A stretch of DNA of 58,050 bases, filler included, from Dimargaris cristalligena (Eukaryota): assembly GCA_003614675.1 (NCBI GenBank). It is 5 parts of 5 records of this genome, joined end to end, with 100 filler letters (N's around TTAATTAATTAA, not from the genome) between each part and the next. Parts side by side here need not be neighbours in the genome. Positions count along the whole stretch, not along the records: positions 34,912 to 46,433 come from ML003107.1; positions 46,534 to 58,050 come from ML003108.1; 3 more parts are not named here. One strand, 5' to 3'. The notes under the pieces were generated by a model. It worked only from the letters and a program-made list of their open reading frames with translations, had not been told where the DNA came from and did not search any database. Position 1 is the stretch's first letter. Every line of letters starts with the position of its first letter. The position numbers were made by a program, and so were the translations under genes. Of the stretch, positions 36,376-48,318 are shown one piece after another.

Positions 36376-38490
36376 TCAGTCTTTAGTGGGCGACTTTTTA
36401 AATGTTTTTTCGCTAAGCGACAGATAGCGGCTTCCCCGCTGAAGGACTTGTTTAAGACTGCCGCGATTGGGAGTCTTCACCTTCCCGTGGGAACGTCCTA
36501 AAGACCCCTCCTCGAAGATCTCCGCCTCGGTCTTAGAAAACGTGGGTGTGGTCAAATTTTCGACGGACATGTTGGGATGGCTGGTTAGGCCATTGGCCGG
36601 AATGGTGATTATCGGTGTGGGGCGACGCTTATTAGCTGCCAGGGAATTAAGTGGCTTCAACTGGAACGTGGGTTTTGGTGGACGTAATGCCAGGGGGTTG
36701 GTCGAAGAAGCGAACATGTTGGGTTCCTTGGGGGTTCCGAGCGTCTCCAGGTTATACCGATCGGCGGGATGTTGTCGGGTGGCCGTAGGTGGAGCGTTGG
36801 TGACCGCGGATTCCATGATAGAAGAAACGTCGGTCGCTTGGTGCGTCAAAAATGACTTAATGCTCATGGAGTCGCCCTTGACCGTTTTCTCTTCATGGTC
36901 GGGGCATTTGGTACGCTGAGAGACGGATGAGCATTCCCGGGTTAGACTAGGCCCGGGGGGAGTTGTGACGGCTTCGCCGGGGGCAAACGGGTGTGAACGT
37001 TTTTCCATATCAGGGCTGCTCGCCGTTGAATCACTACTGGAAGAAGGCCGATCAACCACATTTAAATTCCAGGCGATTTCCAGAGTGGTCAGGTAACTAT
37101 TCTGCAAGGCCCCCAGACTTGCGGTGGCGTAAAAGATGGTACAGATGAGGATCGTGTCACCGACGGTGGTGATCACGAATTTGACAATGAACGATGGAAT
37201 GGTAATCCAGACGGCCCCGACTTGCTTGCCCGAAATACTGATTATAGTGAATGCCAAAGTCACGATCACATTCAAAATGGTGATCACTCGATAATCCCGG
37301 CGAAATTGAGGGGGAATCCGCACAAACCGCAAGTTTCGCCAGAAGATGACGATAATGACAATCTGCCATATATTGGCGATGACAATCAAGGGGGTGCTGA
37401 CTAGAGTAAGGACCGTTCGGATGAACACTACCGCCGTCTTATCCGAGAACATAATTTTGGTGATAAACGCGCACACGACTAGAATAATGTAGTTGAACAG
37501 GGTAAACCACAGGAAATAGATGTAGTGCCGGTAGCTCCGCAGGGTGTACACTTCGTTGCTGATGCGAACCCACAATGTCGAAAATATCACATATGCCAGA
37601 TTACCCAAGATGAAAGAAATGTGTAAAAACACGTCTTCGACAACACTATAGTCCTTGATAGGAGGAAGGGCGATTCTAATTGCGGAGTAACCGGCGCCGA
37701 TTAAAAGCAGGGCCGCCCGGTAATCCCATCTCCAGCCCCGCCGGCGGATACCCCAAGCCATCAGTCCAATAGCGACTACAAAGGTGGCAATAGTCAGGAT
37801 ACTGAAGATGCAGCGAAGAGCGACGAAAGCCACCGACATGGCCAACTGGTTCCAGGGGCCGGATTCCGATACCACCGTCACAGCCTCGTGCGGCACTATT
37901 CCGCTTTCGATCTTACGGGCAATCCTAGATAGGTCAACCATACTTGACCCATAGGGATACAGGGCAATGTGATAGTCCCATTGATTCAGGGCATGGGTAT
38001 CGGCGGTTTGGTCATACGGGCCTCCGAACTGCTCCGGGTGATCCATGGGGTACCTTACGTTAAACATGATGACTTTGACCGGAGGATAACCCATCTTGAG
38101 GGCCTGTGGCTCCCAGGAATCCTTGACCTGGGCCACGACCGACGCATACGAGTCGCAGTGGCGGGACAATGTTGAGAAAAATAGAATGGTGGCGTCAAAT
38201 TCAGTGTGGAGGTGACCAAGCGCATCAGCCTCGCCTTGCATCCGGGTGGGGAGAACTTGGGAAGGGGGTTCCAGGCCACACGCAAAGTCTTTTTGCAGGA
38301 AACTGCCCAGGAGGGCCAATCCCGTGACATTGAAACTCGATTGCTGAAGCAGGTAAGGGTCGTGCGACGGGTACCGGGTTAGGTTGCCGTTGTGGAAGTA
38401 AAAATAGCCGTACGATGTGCGAGCCCACGTGCCCAATATCAGTAGTAAACATAGCCATGGTCGCCACCACGCTCCCAAATAGCCAAACAT
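36376..38490 (-). CDS. Orphan seven-transmembrane receptor-like protein: signal peptide, ~190-aa ectodomain, 7 TM helices, long S/P/K-rich tail; intronless, 704 aa
   Basis: Signal peptide (WLCLLLILGTWARTSYG), ectodomain ending ESGPWN, seven hydrophobic segments at about aa 220-460, then a disordered C-terminus. Confidence 0.8.
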   Translation of the reverse strand: MFGYLGAWWRPWLCLLLILGTWARTSYGYFYFHNGNLTRYPSHDPYLLQQSSFNVTGLALLGSFLQKDFACGLEPPSQVLPTRMQGEADALGHLHTEFDATILFFSTLSRHCDSYASVVAQVKDSWEPQALKMGYPPVKVIMFNVRYPMDHPEQFGGPYDQTADTHALNQWDYHIALYPYGSSMVDLSRIARKIESGIVPHEAVTVVSESGPWNQLAMSVAFVALRCIFSILTIATFVVAIGLMAWGIRRRGWRWDYRAALLLIGAGYSAIRIALPPIKDYSVVEDVFLHISFILGNLAYVIFSTLWVRISNEVYTLRSYRHYIYFLWFTLFNYIILVVCAFITKIMFSDKTAVVFIRTVLTLVSTPLIVIANIWQIVIIVIFWRNLRFVRIPPQFRRDYRVITILNVIVTLAFTIISISGKQVGAVWITIPSFIVKFVITTVGDTILICTIFYATASLGALQNSYLTTLEIAWNLNVVDRPSSSSDSTASSPDMEKRSHPFAPGEAVTTPPGPSLTRECSSVSQRTKCPDHEEKTVKGDSMSIKSFLTHQATDVSSIMESAVTNAPPTATRQHPADRYNLETLGTPKEPNMFASSTNPLALRPPKPTFQLKPLNSLAANKRRPTPIITIPANGLTSHPNMSVENLTTPTFSKTEAEIFEEGSLGRSHGKVKTPNRGSLKQVLQRGSRYLSLSEKTFKKSPTKD

Positions 38491-41400
38491 ACGTAGGTTT
38501 AGAATGGGTACTTAGCCAAATGGGTCGGTTCTGCGTGACAATTGGATGGTTGGAAAAGGCGGGACTTTTTCGGAAACGACGGTTGGTATCGGTAGTGAAC
38601 TAGTATACTAGCTTGGCTGGATAGGTGTGAAAAATATTCTAAAGGAGCGGGTGAGTCGATTAAAAAAAGCAAAATGCGTTAAATAGTTCAATTGTTCAGT
38701 ATGCAAACGTAATAACAATAGGGTAAGGTCAGGAAAAATAGATACTGCAAAGAATAATTCGGCGATACGTTTCTATATTAGGAAAATATAAATAGCAAGC
38801 AACATCAAGCATAGTGGTTCAAACAATTCAATAGTCGGCCACAATCGGTTAGAAGAGAGTAAGCCAGGTCCAAACACGTCCATGGGATGGGCGGTGAATT
38901 TACCACCTTTATACACCAGTTATCAGATGGCGTCGTGGAAAATGTGCAGCTTCCGGGGAATAGCGACCTCCCCTAGTCTAATGGACTCTCTTTAGACACA
39001 TTTGATGGCACACTGGCATGACTAGTTGGCCGCGAACTTGGACAATGAGGAGACGTAAAATCCAGTCTCATTAGATGCATTAATTGGACCTCACAGCCCA
39101 TATATTGTTTCATCCCCTTTACCCCACCGTATTGATTACACAATGATTATGCAAAACATACCGATATGGTGCAGGTCTGTATGGGAGGGTGCGGGGGTGG
39201 GGGGTGGCAATTGAACGCTACGGGCCTAGCATAGGTAACAAGCAGCCGCTCAGGTCCCTCCCCCCACGGTCAATGATACGAGCTACCCCAGTGACCCAAT
39301 CACTGAGGTATTATGGAGAGGTGGTAGCTATTCATTGCTGCAATAGTATGTCGGATAAGGGGGCAAGGGTGGGTAAGATGAGTGATTAGTAATGAGGAGT
39401 TCAAGTTCGGGGAGGGCTGAGAGCTGAGGGCGGAGAGGACAAAATAGTTTAAGTGAATTATTTGAAGAGCTACCAATAATCCGCCCTAGTATTCTGGGAA
39501 ATTCCCCAATCACTTGTGGCTCTCCGGGTGTCTTAGACGGTCAGTATCATTTTCTAAGTAGCATGTATGGATTTTGAAGGTTAGGCCCACCTAAAGAAGT
39601 TGGAGTATACGCTTCAGCTGGTAATTAAATAGCACGGGCTCTTCAGGAACGAACGTATAGGGGAGTCCTTCATAGCCCACACTTATTCCCTAAATAGCGA
39701 AATGTACTAGTCCAGGTATTATCGCTAATCGGAATCCCCAGTTATGTACTGTTGTAAAGCGCAGAAATAGATGAGGGCAATTGATAGTATCAACCCTAGC
39801 CCTCCCAGGCCTCGAAACGTTTGATACGGCCGAACATATCATTCCAACTACCTCGACAACATATCACATTTCGGTTATCTATACCTATGCGGTTTTTTAT
39901 GGCACTACTATATTTATCGCGGGTGTTCTATATATAGGTTCATTACAAACGACCCTCTTCTCAGATCAAGCAGGGGAACTGACTTACCGAACAAGACTTC
40001 CTCTGAATATAAAGGGTGGCCAATGTAAACAGACTCCTAATAGGAACCAGCGAATTGATGAGCTGATAACCCCTTGTATATAGGAAGAAAGCAGCTAGCG
40101 GTCGGTATATGTCTCTAGGAGGTCAATTTTATCGAATCTTTTGGTTGGTAAGGAGTATTTTTTGTGGTAAAAAAAATGAATATAGCGTACGTCGATAAAC
40201 GAAGGTGGTTGAGCAGAAACAAGAGGTAATAAGGCCCAAGTTGGGGTACGTTGTCGACTCTCTTGAGTGCGATCAGTTGTTTATATCCGTCTCACTTGGC
40301 GCACACAGCCTTTTTGGAGTCGTTAGGCTCGCGAATTTTGGCCCTTTAGATATCAACAAGTATTCAGTCGGGGTCAAGGGTTAAGTAACTCCTGATCTCC
40401 GCATATTTATTCTATAATCATATTTCTCACCAAAAGACCCAATCGCTTAACCACTTCGTATTCCAATGAATTCGATTATAAACGCCTATTATTTTTGCTT
40501 CTCTTCCCTTCTATTAACTAAATATTTAGTTTTGTAATGAACGTGTAATTTTCTGTCTACTGTCGGGATTATTGTACAGAACCAAAACTATACCCTTGGC
40601 TGCATCCCCCAAAGTTCCAATTATTGGCCGGAACCCCCCGGCCAAGACTTACGACCCCTATTGTATTGATGTGGTTGTCTACTTTACAGGATCGCCAAGC
40701 CTAAGTGATATAGATACATTATTGTTGAACAACATAGTTAGGTAGTGTCTTTTGGAAATGCTAAAGATGCACCATTAAGACGGTATAGACGGGAAGAAAG
40801 CAGCTTAAGGACGGTGGGTGCTACTGGATGGTTAGTTTTATTGAATAGTATAGTCAGCAGGGGGCACTTTAAGAGGCTAATATGGAAGGGCATAGGAAAC
40901 TCAAATAAATTGACAAAATTGGCCAGAAATAGGATATAACAATGTACCCGTCGGTGCATATTTTTCAACATGGTAAAGTCCTCCAATATTTGGTAGCTAA
41001 TGTATCTGCCAAGTTCATGCCTCAAATCACGACAGTTCTCCACCCCAATACTGGTCTCAGTTTACAAGGGAAGGCTCCTAAGAATACCGCACCAAGTGGT
41101 GTATTGGTCTTAAGTTATCTCCAGGGAATTCCAGCGGGATATTAGTATATATATATGTACCTGGGAATAGGACACTGCCTGTGGGAGCATGTATACACCG
41201 AAAGACCTTAGAGTGTCAATCTGAATTAGCTAGTTGACCATGATGGTACTAAACATTATCACAATGGACGTACTGTGTTATAAATATTCCATATTCAGGC
41301 AAGTGTCAATGCAAAATATACAGCTGTGTTGTAGACAATAATCCAGGATATGATTAAATGGCTTCGCCTCAGACGAGTTTACAAGAGATAACACACAAGC

Positions 41401-44400
41401 AGTTGATGCGAAGGGCGCTTTATAGATAATAATAAGGGATATATCAAATAGATCGAGTTAACTATAAAAGAGGGTATAGAATAAAAGGTAATTAGCTGTA
41501 GAATAACTTTAGGAATTGGCTCGGCTTTATATAGCCGAGCTGACTAATGATGAAGGCGTCGAACCAGCATAGAAGATATTGGAAGACGATACCAGATAGT
41601 AATATAATAGGTAACTGATAATAGATGGTATATAATGAAGGGGATATATGGAATAGGTAAATCGAGTGGCGGGAATGGCTGAAGAACACTGATTCTTCAA
41701 CAAGGCCAAATTCCCGCCCCCCATTGATGGAGCTAGGTGATGATGGCATCTAATCCTTCATAGTCGGCTCTAATCCTATGGATTATTAAGCATGACAGGC
41801 TGCAATCGTTAAAATTGTATTGTATCATATAGCTCTCAAAGTCATTGGGAAATTTCAGTTTAGCCCTATAAGGTTTTAAATGATATTTGTACGGGAAAAC
41901 TATTAAGAAATATATTTATGACATTGACTAACCTAACTTAATCCAGCTGAGGCCGTTCTGCACTACTTGTCCTCATTAGATTTTACCACACTCTATTACG
42001 TTCCATAACAACACCAGCTATTGTTGGAGCAACCTTGTCTATCCCCCCCCCTGGGGCATAGCTGTTGGACTTGGCTTATTATACCTACACATTGGTCCAT
42101 AGACTCGTTTGTTCCCACCATATTTTTTTAGTTTTATATGGCCTCCATCAGGTTTCTTTTGCATTCCCTTTTATTTATTTAATATTCCCATTAGGGCAAC
42201 CCCACTGTGTTATCCAAGTTTATAAATATCCCGCCCTGAATTTGACCTATTTATTACTTGGCTTATATTCCCTCGGTTTACCTATTAATCCCTTATACAC
42301 CCCCCTCAAAGAACAGTTTCATCGAATTTCACCCAAATGAGTACAGCCAGTCATGACAAAAACTGAGTATCCATAGTTGACCATTCCTTTTTTTTTATAT
42401 AAACCCCATAGTTCCAACGAACTTGGGAACATAATTTTTTAGCCAAGGATGAAATACAAGTAACCCCTGATCACTTCAACTTAAGTACTTAGTATTATCA
42501 AGTTTGAATCGCCATTAATTTTGTTGATTTTGATTATTTCTCTTATTTTCATCTATGACATCGATGATAGCACTTAGTTTACTCTATTTGTTTATTTTTT
42601 AAAAAATAAATGCAGCGAGAACACATATCATCCCATCCTCAAAACCTCGCTGATCTTGCAATGGGAGTGAACCCACCTTTGTGAATACCAGCTCTGCCCT
42701 GCAATGACATAATTGCCAGTGTTACTGGTCCACTAGGTCTCGGTGCTACTGCAGTCAACCTATTCCATGTGTGTAATGTGGCTTAGTAATTATACTAAAT
42801 AGCTGTATGCCGGGGTGAATTTGAATGGTGTCGACATATTTCGTATGAATTGGGCACTATTGACAGCATGTATAGTGCTGCAGTCCTGCATGCCGCGCTC
42901 AATTGCTGACAGTGGATAACAATACTATGCAGTGCCTATTTCAACAAATCTTACAGTAAGTACGCTTTTATTAGGTTGACGATTCCCCCCTGTTTTGCTT
43001 CTGGCCAATACTGCAATATACTGTTACACATTTGTGGCCGAAACCTTCCCAACGATCCATTCGACCATAGTCTCTTTTTTAGTCATGTTTTCTTGTAAAC
43101 AGTTAGTCCGATTGAAATAATCGGACATGCATTTATAAACATTCCAGAATCCTGCGAAGGAATGTGTGCTGTTGTCTAATTGGTGTATAATCATTTTGTC
43201 ACATATTTTTCCTAAAAAAATGTTTTTGTTAGTCAATTTTACTTGTACACTTCAAGACCCTTTATTCATAAATTCATTTCTTACACTATCCGTGTGCTAG
43301 GGGCTTCCGCGCTCCAAGTCTACCCCTTTCAGTATCATGATCACTGTCTTCTCTGCTAGCTGTAGACCGGGCCTATGAATACCAGGACTCCCTACTTCCT
43401 CTGCATTCCCGGGCTGAGCAAAATGATAATGGACCTGCCCCACACTCCACGCTCTCTCTTTAATTATGAGACACTATAATATGAAGGCCATAATACTGGT
43501 GAAAGTCGCTAAAAATATATACCAACAATAGAACAATTCATCGGTAGGAACAGAATACCATGAATCTAAAAATCGTACCATTTCCTACCATGGCAATCCA
43601 TCATAACATGGGCCATGCCCCAGCACCCAACTGAATAAGGAGGTTAAAGCCAGGGAGTGATACTGGCATTATGGTCCCGTACTAGTCAGTTAGTAAGATA
43701 GAAAAATTTACAATATCCAAAATTATACTAAGAGGTCAACTGGCCATTTGGGTGGAACTGTAAGTATGCCACTTATCCTGTATATGGGTGCCAAGGAGGG
43801 CAGCAAACTAGGTGCAGTCAAACTTTATAGGCTGACATGGGTAATGATTAAGCGAGTTCTATAAACATTATGTACCGGCTTACCCAATAGGGTTCTCCTG
43901 GTGGTGGCGTTCACTGTGCTAGCATAAACACCTACAGTGGTTATGAAGGACACAGTCACCCAACTAACATACTGACCCCATCTGATTAAACTCGGTTGTC
44001 TTCCAGTGGGTTGCCTTACTTATGACATGCCCCTCAATACTCGATGATGATTGGGAAGAGGATCCTCTAACCAGCCATTGGCCCTTTCTTTACAGCTGCA
44101 GTAGATTTTTATAACATTTTCCTGTAAACCTACGTAGAATGATATGTCAACCATGGTTAATATGCCGGCTTCATGCCAGGAGCTAAGCTATATCCCGCTG
44201 GTTTCTAAACTTAACATTGAGGTGGTGAAATACCATAGCCCATTATCGAAAGACCCCAGTTACTAATCACCACCACCACAAGATGGTCAATTGATGCTGC
44301 ATGCACTTCCTGTATATACCTGATACGTATATAGCCTGGAGGGCTGTGGGGGTAAGGAGCTCTTGTAGGGAGCTCAGGAGAAACGGGGTCACAGAGGGTG

Positions 44401-46378
44401 GAAGAGTTTCCTACCACCAATAATGTTGATAAACTCCAATAAAAACTCCAATAAAAGAAGGGCGCGGGAGAAGCAACTAAACACTAGTACTGGACAGTAA
44501 TCAACGGGGCATGAGGGTACACTGGTCTGATATATTGATAAGGCACGCCATACGTAGCGGCAAGTATTGCTGGCAGGTCGCCAGTGTAAATATGGTTCAA
44601 TATCATAGTGATTCACTAGAAGGTATGATAGGTGGGCTTATGTTTAAGCGGAGATAATGTCTACCCTTCGGATATGAGTATTCTTCTGGACCGGAATATC
44701 TTAATAGTATAATGTCGTATAGAGTCAATACTGGTTCTCAGAAATAAAAGAAGCCAATTATGCCCTATTCGATTTACCCCTTACTGTATCCTGCAAGCCA
44801 AGGGATCCACCATGCCGCACATAACTGGGCACGAACCCAGGCCAGTCAACTTGGTATCTGGAATACGGTGACCGCTATTCACCAGTTATTAGACACCATC
44901 AACCCAATTCACTAAAAAACTCCAACTATATTACTAATATATCTCAAGGCCAAAGTTCTTACAAGGAGCTAGTGCCGTTTCCAGCAATGAATCCCTCTAC
45001 CAGCTTTATCGTATATTCTATGAGTAACTGATAATATATTGCTTCACTCGAATATCTCAATTCTACTTGAGTGCAAACCTTGATCTTCAATAAACAATTT
45101 TAGCCTACTGCCACGGCTAGCAACTCAATCTATATCGGCACTGGCTGTTCTTCCAAGCAGAGTATATCATCTTAGTTCGTGTCCAGTTGTTACTCCCTCT
45201 GGCTAACAGTCTCATACCATTTACCTCTAACTGCCCTATTATCGGCGTTTGTATTATAATTAGGGTGAATAATAATACACGCCAGGCATTCAGCGTGTAT
45301 GGATTCAATACCTTCTTTACAAGCCGGACGTTCTCTGACTATTCTGTTTATCTACAGTCTATATTAGAATATATTACATTTACATTGTACACCGGATAAT
45401 AGGTCCAATGTCTTAATATTATAAGGTTACTCACCATAGCTCTGGATTTTTGGCTATTCCACTCACCTCCAGAAAATAATTTGCTCCGACATCTCAACAC
45501 GGCTAAACAGGTCTCACAAACCGTCCACCGAGATGGATAACCTCATTTTGATTGTAAATTTTTGGGGGAATATGGGTCTACAGCCCACTGAACTAATCAA
45601 TAGCAAGCTGCAGTCAGCGAGGGCCCAACTTGAACACCTTCTTGGCTGGGGCGCGGAGCCTTTCACTACCTTCTGATCCTTGAAATTCAGGAGGGTGCAT
45701 GCCGGGCTGCCATCCATTCACTTGACCAACCTACCCTCCACTCGCAGGGCACCAACTTCGTTGGCCTACCAAGGGTGTACACCTATTGGTGGATGGGGTG
45801 TATTGCCAACACCGCGGTGGGCCAATTACCGTGCTCCGCAGCCTACCGTCTAGTCTCCTGGCGCGGCAACCGGTTAACGGGCCCCCCTTGTGCATAAAAC
45901 CATTCTGAACTTCTCCTCCCCGAGGCATACAAAAATAAGCATCCAACGAGTTGTAGGAATTCAGTCCGGTGCATTAAGTCATGCTTCCGCTACCGGTCTG
46001 AGAACATATGTTCCCCAAATAGCGGATTAATATATTAAAACTTATATAGAACACTGTGATTGTTTTATGACTAGACAGCCTCTGTTTTGGCTAAGCAAGT
46101 TTAGTGCATGGCGGACTCTCCCTCAGTGGTAGAGCGACCATGGGTACTTAGCTGGCGACTGTGCGTATGCAACATATAGCTGTTGCCATAGCCATGTATA
46201 TAGTGATGTGTGCGTCATGCTCTAATAAAGCATATCGGAGTTGGTATTGATGTCTATACTGACAGGGGATGCTGTTCCGATGGTGGGGATTTGATACAAG
46301 GGGTAAAAGGGCTGGGTTAGGCAAAGAAGTCGCCCAATTATGAATATAGTGAATATCAAAAGATTTTTTAAAATATAT

Positions 46379-46433
46379 AATACTGGCATATAAATACGCG
46401 TCTCTTGCCCCACCCAAGGTACACCATCTTCTT
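46379..46433 (-). repeat. 55-bp contig-terminal inverted repeat, right arm
   Basis: Exact reverse complement of 34912-34966; identity stops after base 55. Confidence 0.95.
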
Positions 46434-46533
46434 NNNNNNNNNNNNNNNNNNNNNNNNNNNNNNNNNNNNNNNNNNNNTTAATTAATTAANNNNNNNNNNN
46501 NNNNNNNNNNNNNNNNNNNNNNNNNNNNNNNNN
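46434..46533. other. Artificial contig spacer
   Basis: N44-TTAATTAATTAA-N44. Confidence 0.97.
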
Positions 46534-47322
46534 ATACTTCCGATAAGTGCGAAAAATAGATAAAAAATAAAAGTAGGTAAAAAATGTGGTAAGTTCACCA
46601 CACTCCCCTAGTTCATATAGTGTTGCATGTTGTGGGGTTTGGGAAGCCTTTTCTTCTATCAAACCAGATCAGTCATTATCAGTTTCAACATCTTCCTGTT
46701 TCATATAACAGAGACATCTTCATCAGGCCATCGTAGGAGCTAGCTGTTACCATCATAGCTGCTGGAGGAAGTTAGTGTCCAGAGCTGACCATGGGGTGGC
46801 AGTGTACCTCATCGAGAAGGGGTAAACCCCTCCCTCTGCCTGACTGAGGGCTGTAAAAATCCTCATCCTTAGTTTGAGGTCTGGGGTATTTAAACCCACC
46901 AGTTTTGCTCCCTAAATCAGGGAGTGAAAAACCTAGTAGTATATATTATTTCCATTCGATCCTTAGCATTCATTATAAAATATAAAAAACCCTTCTAGTC
47001 ATTGTATTTTGAAGAAGTCATTAAGGGTGAAGCAGCAAGTAGCCATGATTTCCTATTTATTGGTCATCATTCAACTATATTTTTTAAAAAACCAATAACC
47101 ATCATTGATCCCCTTACCATGTTACCAATAATTCATAATATGTTTTACTCCAGTTGCAATTGATCAGTCTCTCCGCAGGAGACTTTGGCATCACTGTTGC
47201 CCTCCCGGCCTGAATCCCCAAATTTACGAATGTCTGGGCTGACTTCCGTGTCTTGCTCTGGGTCTTCTCAACCTGGCAGGCAAACTGTCACCCCTCCCGG
47301 ATCCCTGGGGTGAGGCATTACA
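46534..47322 (-). mobile_element. Second, more CpG-decayed copy of the LTR at 21796-22565; far end cut by contig start
   Basis: Reverse complement starts TGTAATGCCTCACCCCAGGGATCCGGGAGG and is colinear with 21796-22505. Confidence 0.85.
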
Positions 47323-48318
47323 CTATTACTTTGGTTTAAACTAGTTTTTTATTATAATGCATATTATATTACATTTTTCATTAGAGTGACTAGCCAGTTT
47401 ACTTGGAGAGGCTAACCTACCCCTTTGAATATATTTTATTGTTAATTTTAATAGCTTAATACTACTACACTCTGATACCAGGTATGACTATAGGAAGGTT
47501 GGTATAGTACTCTAAGCCAATGGGATTAAGTTGGATTAAAAGGTCCAATAGCTAATAATTTTGTAGAATTACTTACTAATCCATTTTCCAAATACTAACT
47601 ACCATATGTAGGTAAATGTCAGCTCAACAGTATCGATTTTTAAATGATGCATATACTGGAAGGTGGTGATTCATTTATTTTTTAGCTGATACTGCTAACT
47701 TCATCAAATTAGGGTTTTATTATATAGTTAAATTAGCACATACTTATATTGACGTTTTATGTGATGTTCAACTGGGGCCATAAATGGTTATCGACTCTGT
47801 GCCTTGTTAAATTTGCTTTCTACAGGTATTGACCCATCCAGTATTTAGTAAGACGGGAGCTACTCAACTATAGTAAAGGCTGTTTAATTTTTGGACTTTT
47901 AATTGCTCTGAATCAGTTGGTCTTAGCTGGTTTGGATTTATTTATTATATCCAACTATTCCTGAATATTTCAAACTCCTATCTGATCATCACAATCACTG
48001 CAAACAAGATTTAGGAAATGCTGATAATGTGACTAAGCCCCCTCTCTCATTTTTAGTACTTTTCGACTGAAGAGGATTCTCAATATATTTTTGATGTGGT
48101 TTTTAATAATGCGTTTTGCCGTATTTTATTAAGTAAAAAAACTAAATAATAATTTTTACCACATGGGTTGGCTGGGAATTAGCTGGTTCAATTTGCCCCT
48201 TAGCATACGCCAACCATGTGATGAAGTCCATGCGGGTTCAGTTTTCGGGCCATTAATTTTACCTAATGGGTAATTGCTGGTGGGAGTGGTACTATCGGCT
48301 CACGATGTTGAGGGGTTT

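Noticed and set aside
42290-42339. Possible fifth MITE end (CCTTATACA...GAATTTCACCCAAATG)
   Set aside because: Only a partial right-TIR resemblance with no matching internal blocks or left TIR at the expected distance.
11560-46533. Four identical N-flanked TTAATTAATTAA motifs at ~11.6-kb spacing that look like a periodic element
   Set aside because: They are artificial six-frame-stop spacers. Contigs of 11527, 11525 and 11522 bp indicate size-sorted concatenation. No gene-cluster inference was made across them, including the apparent co-occurrence of SPC105, tubulin, REC114 and Hsk3.
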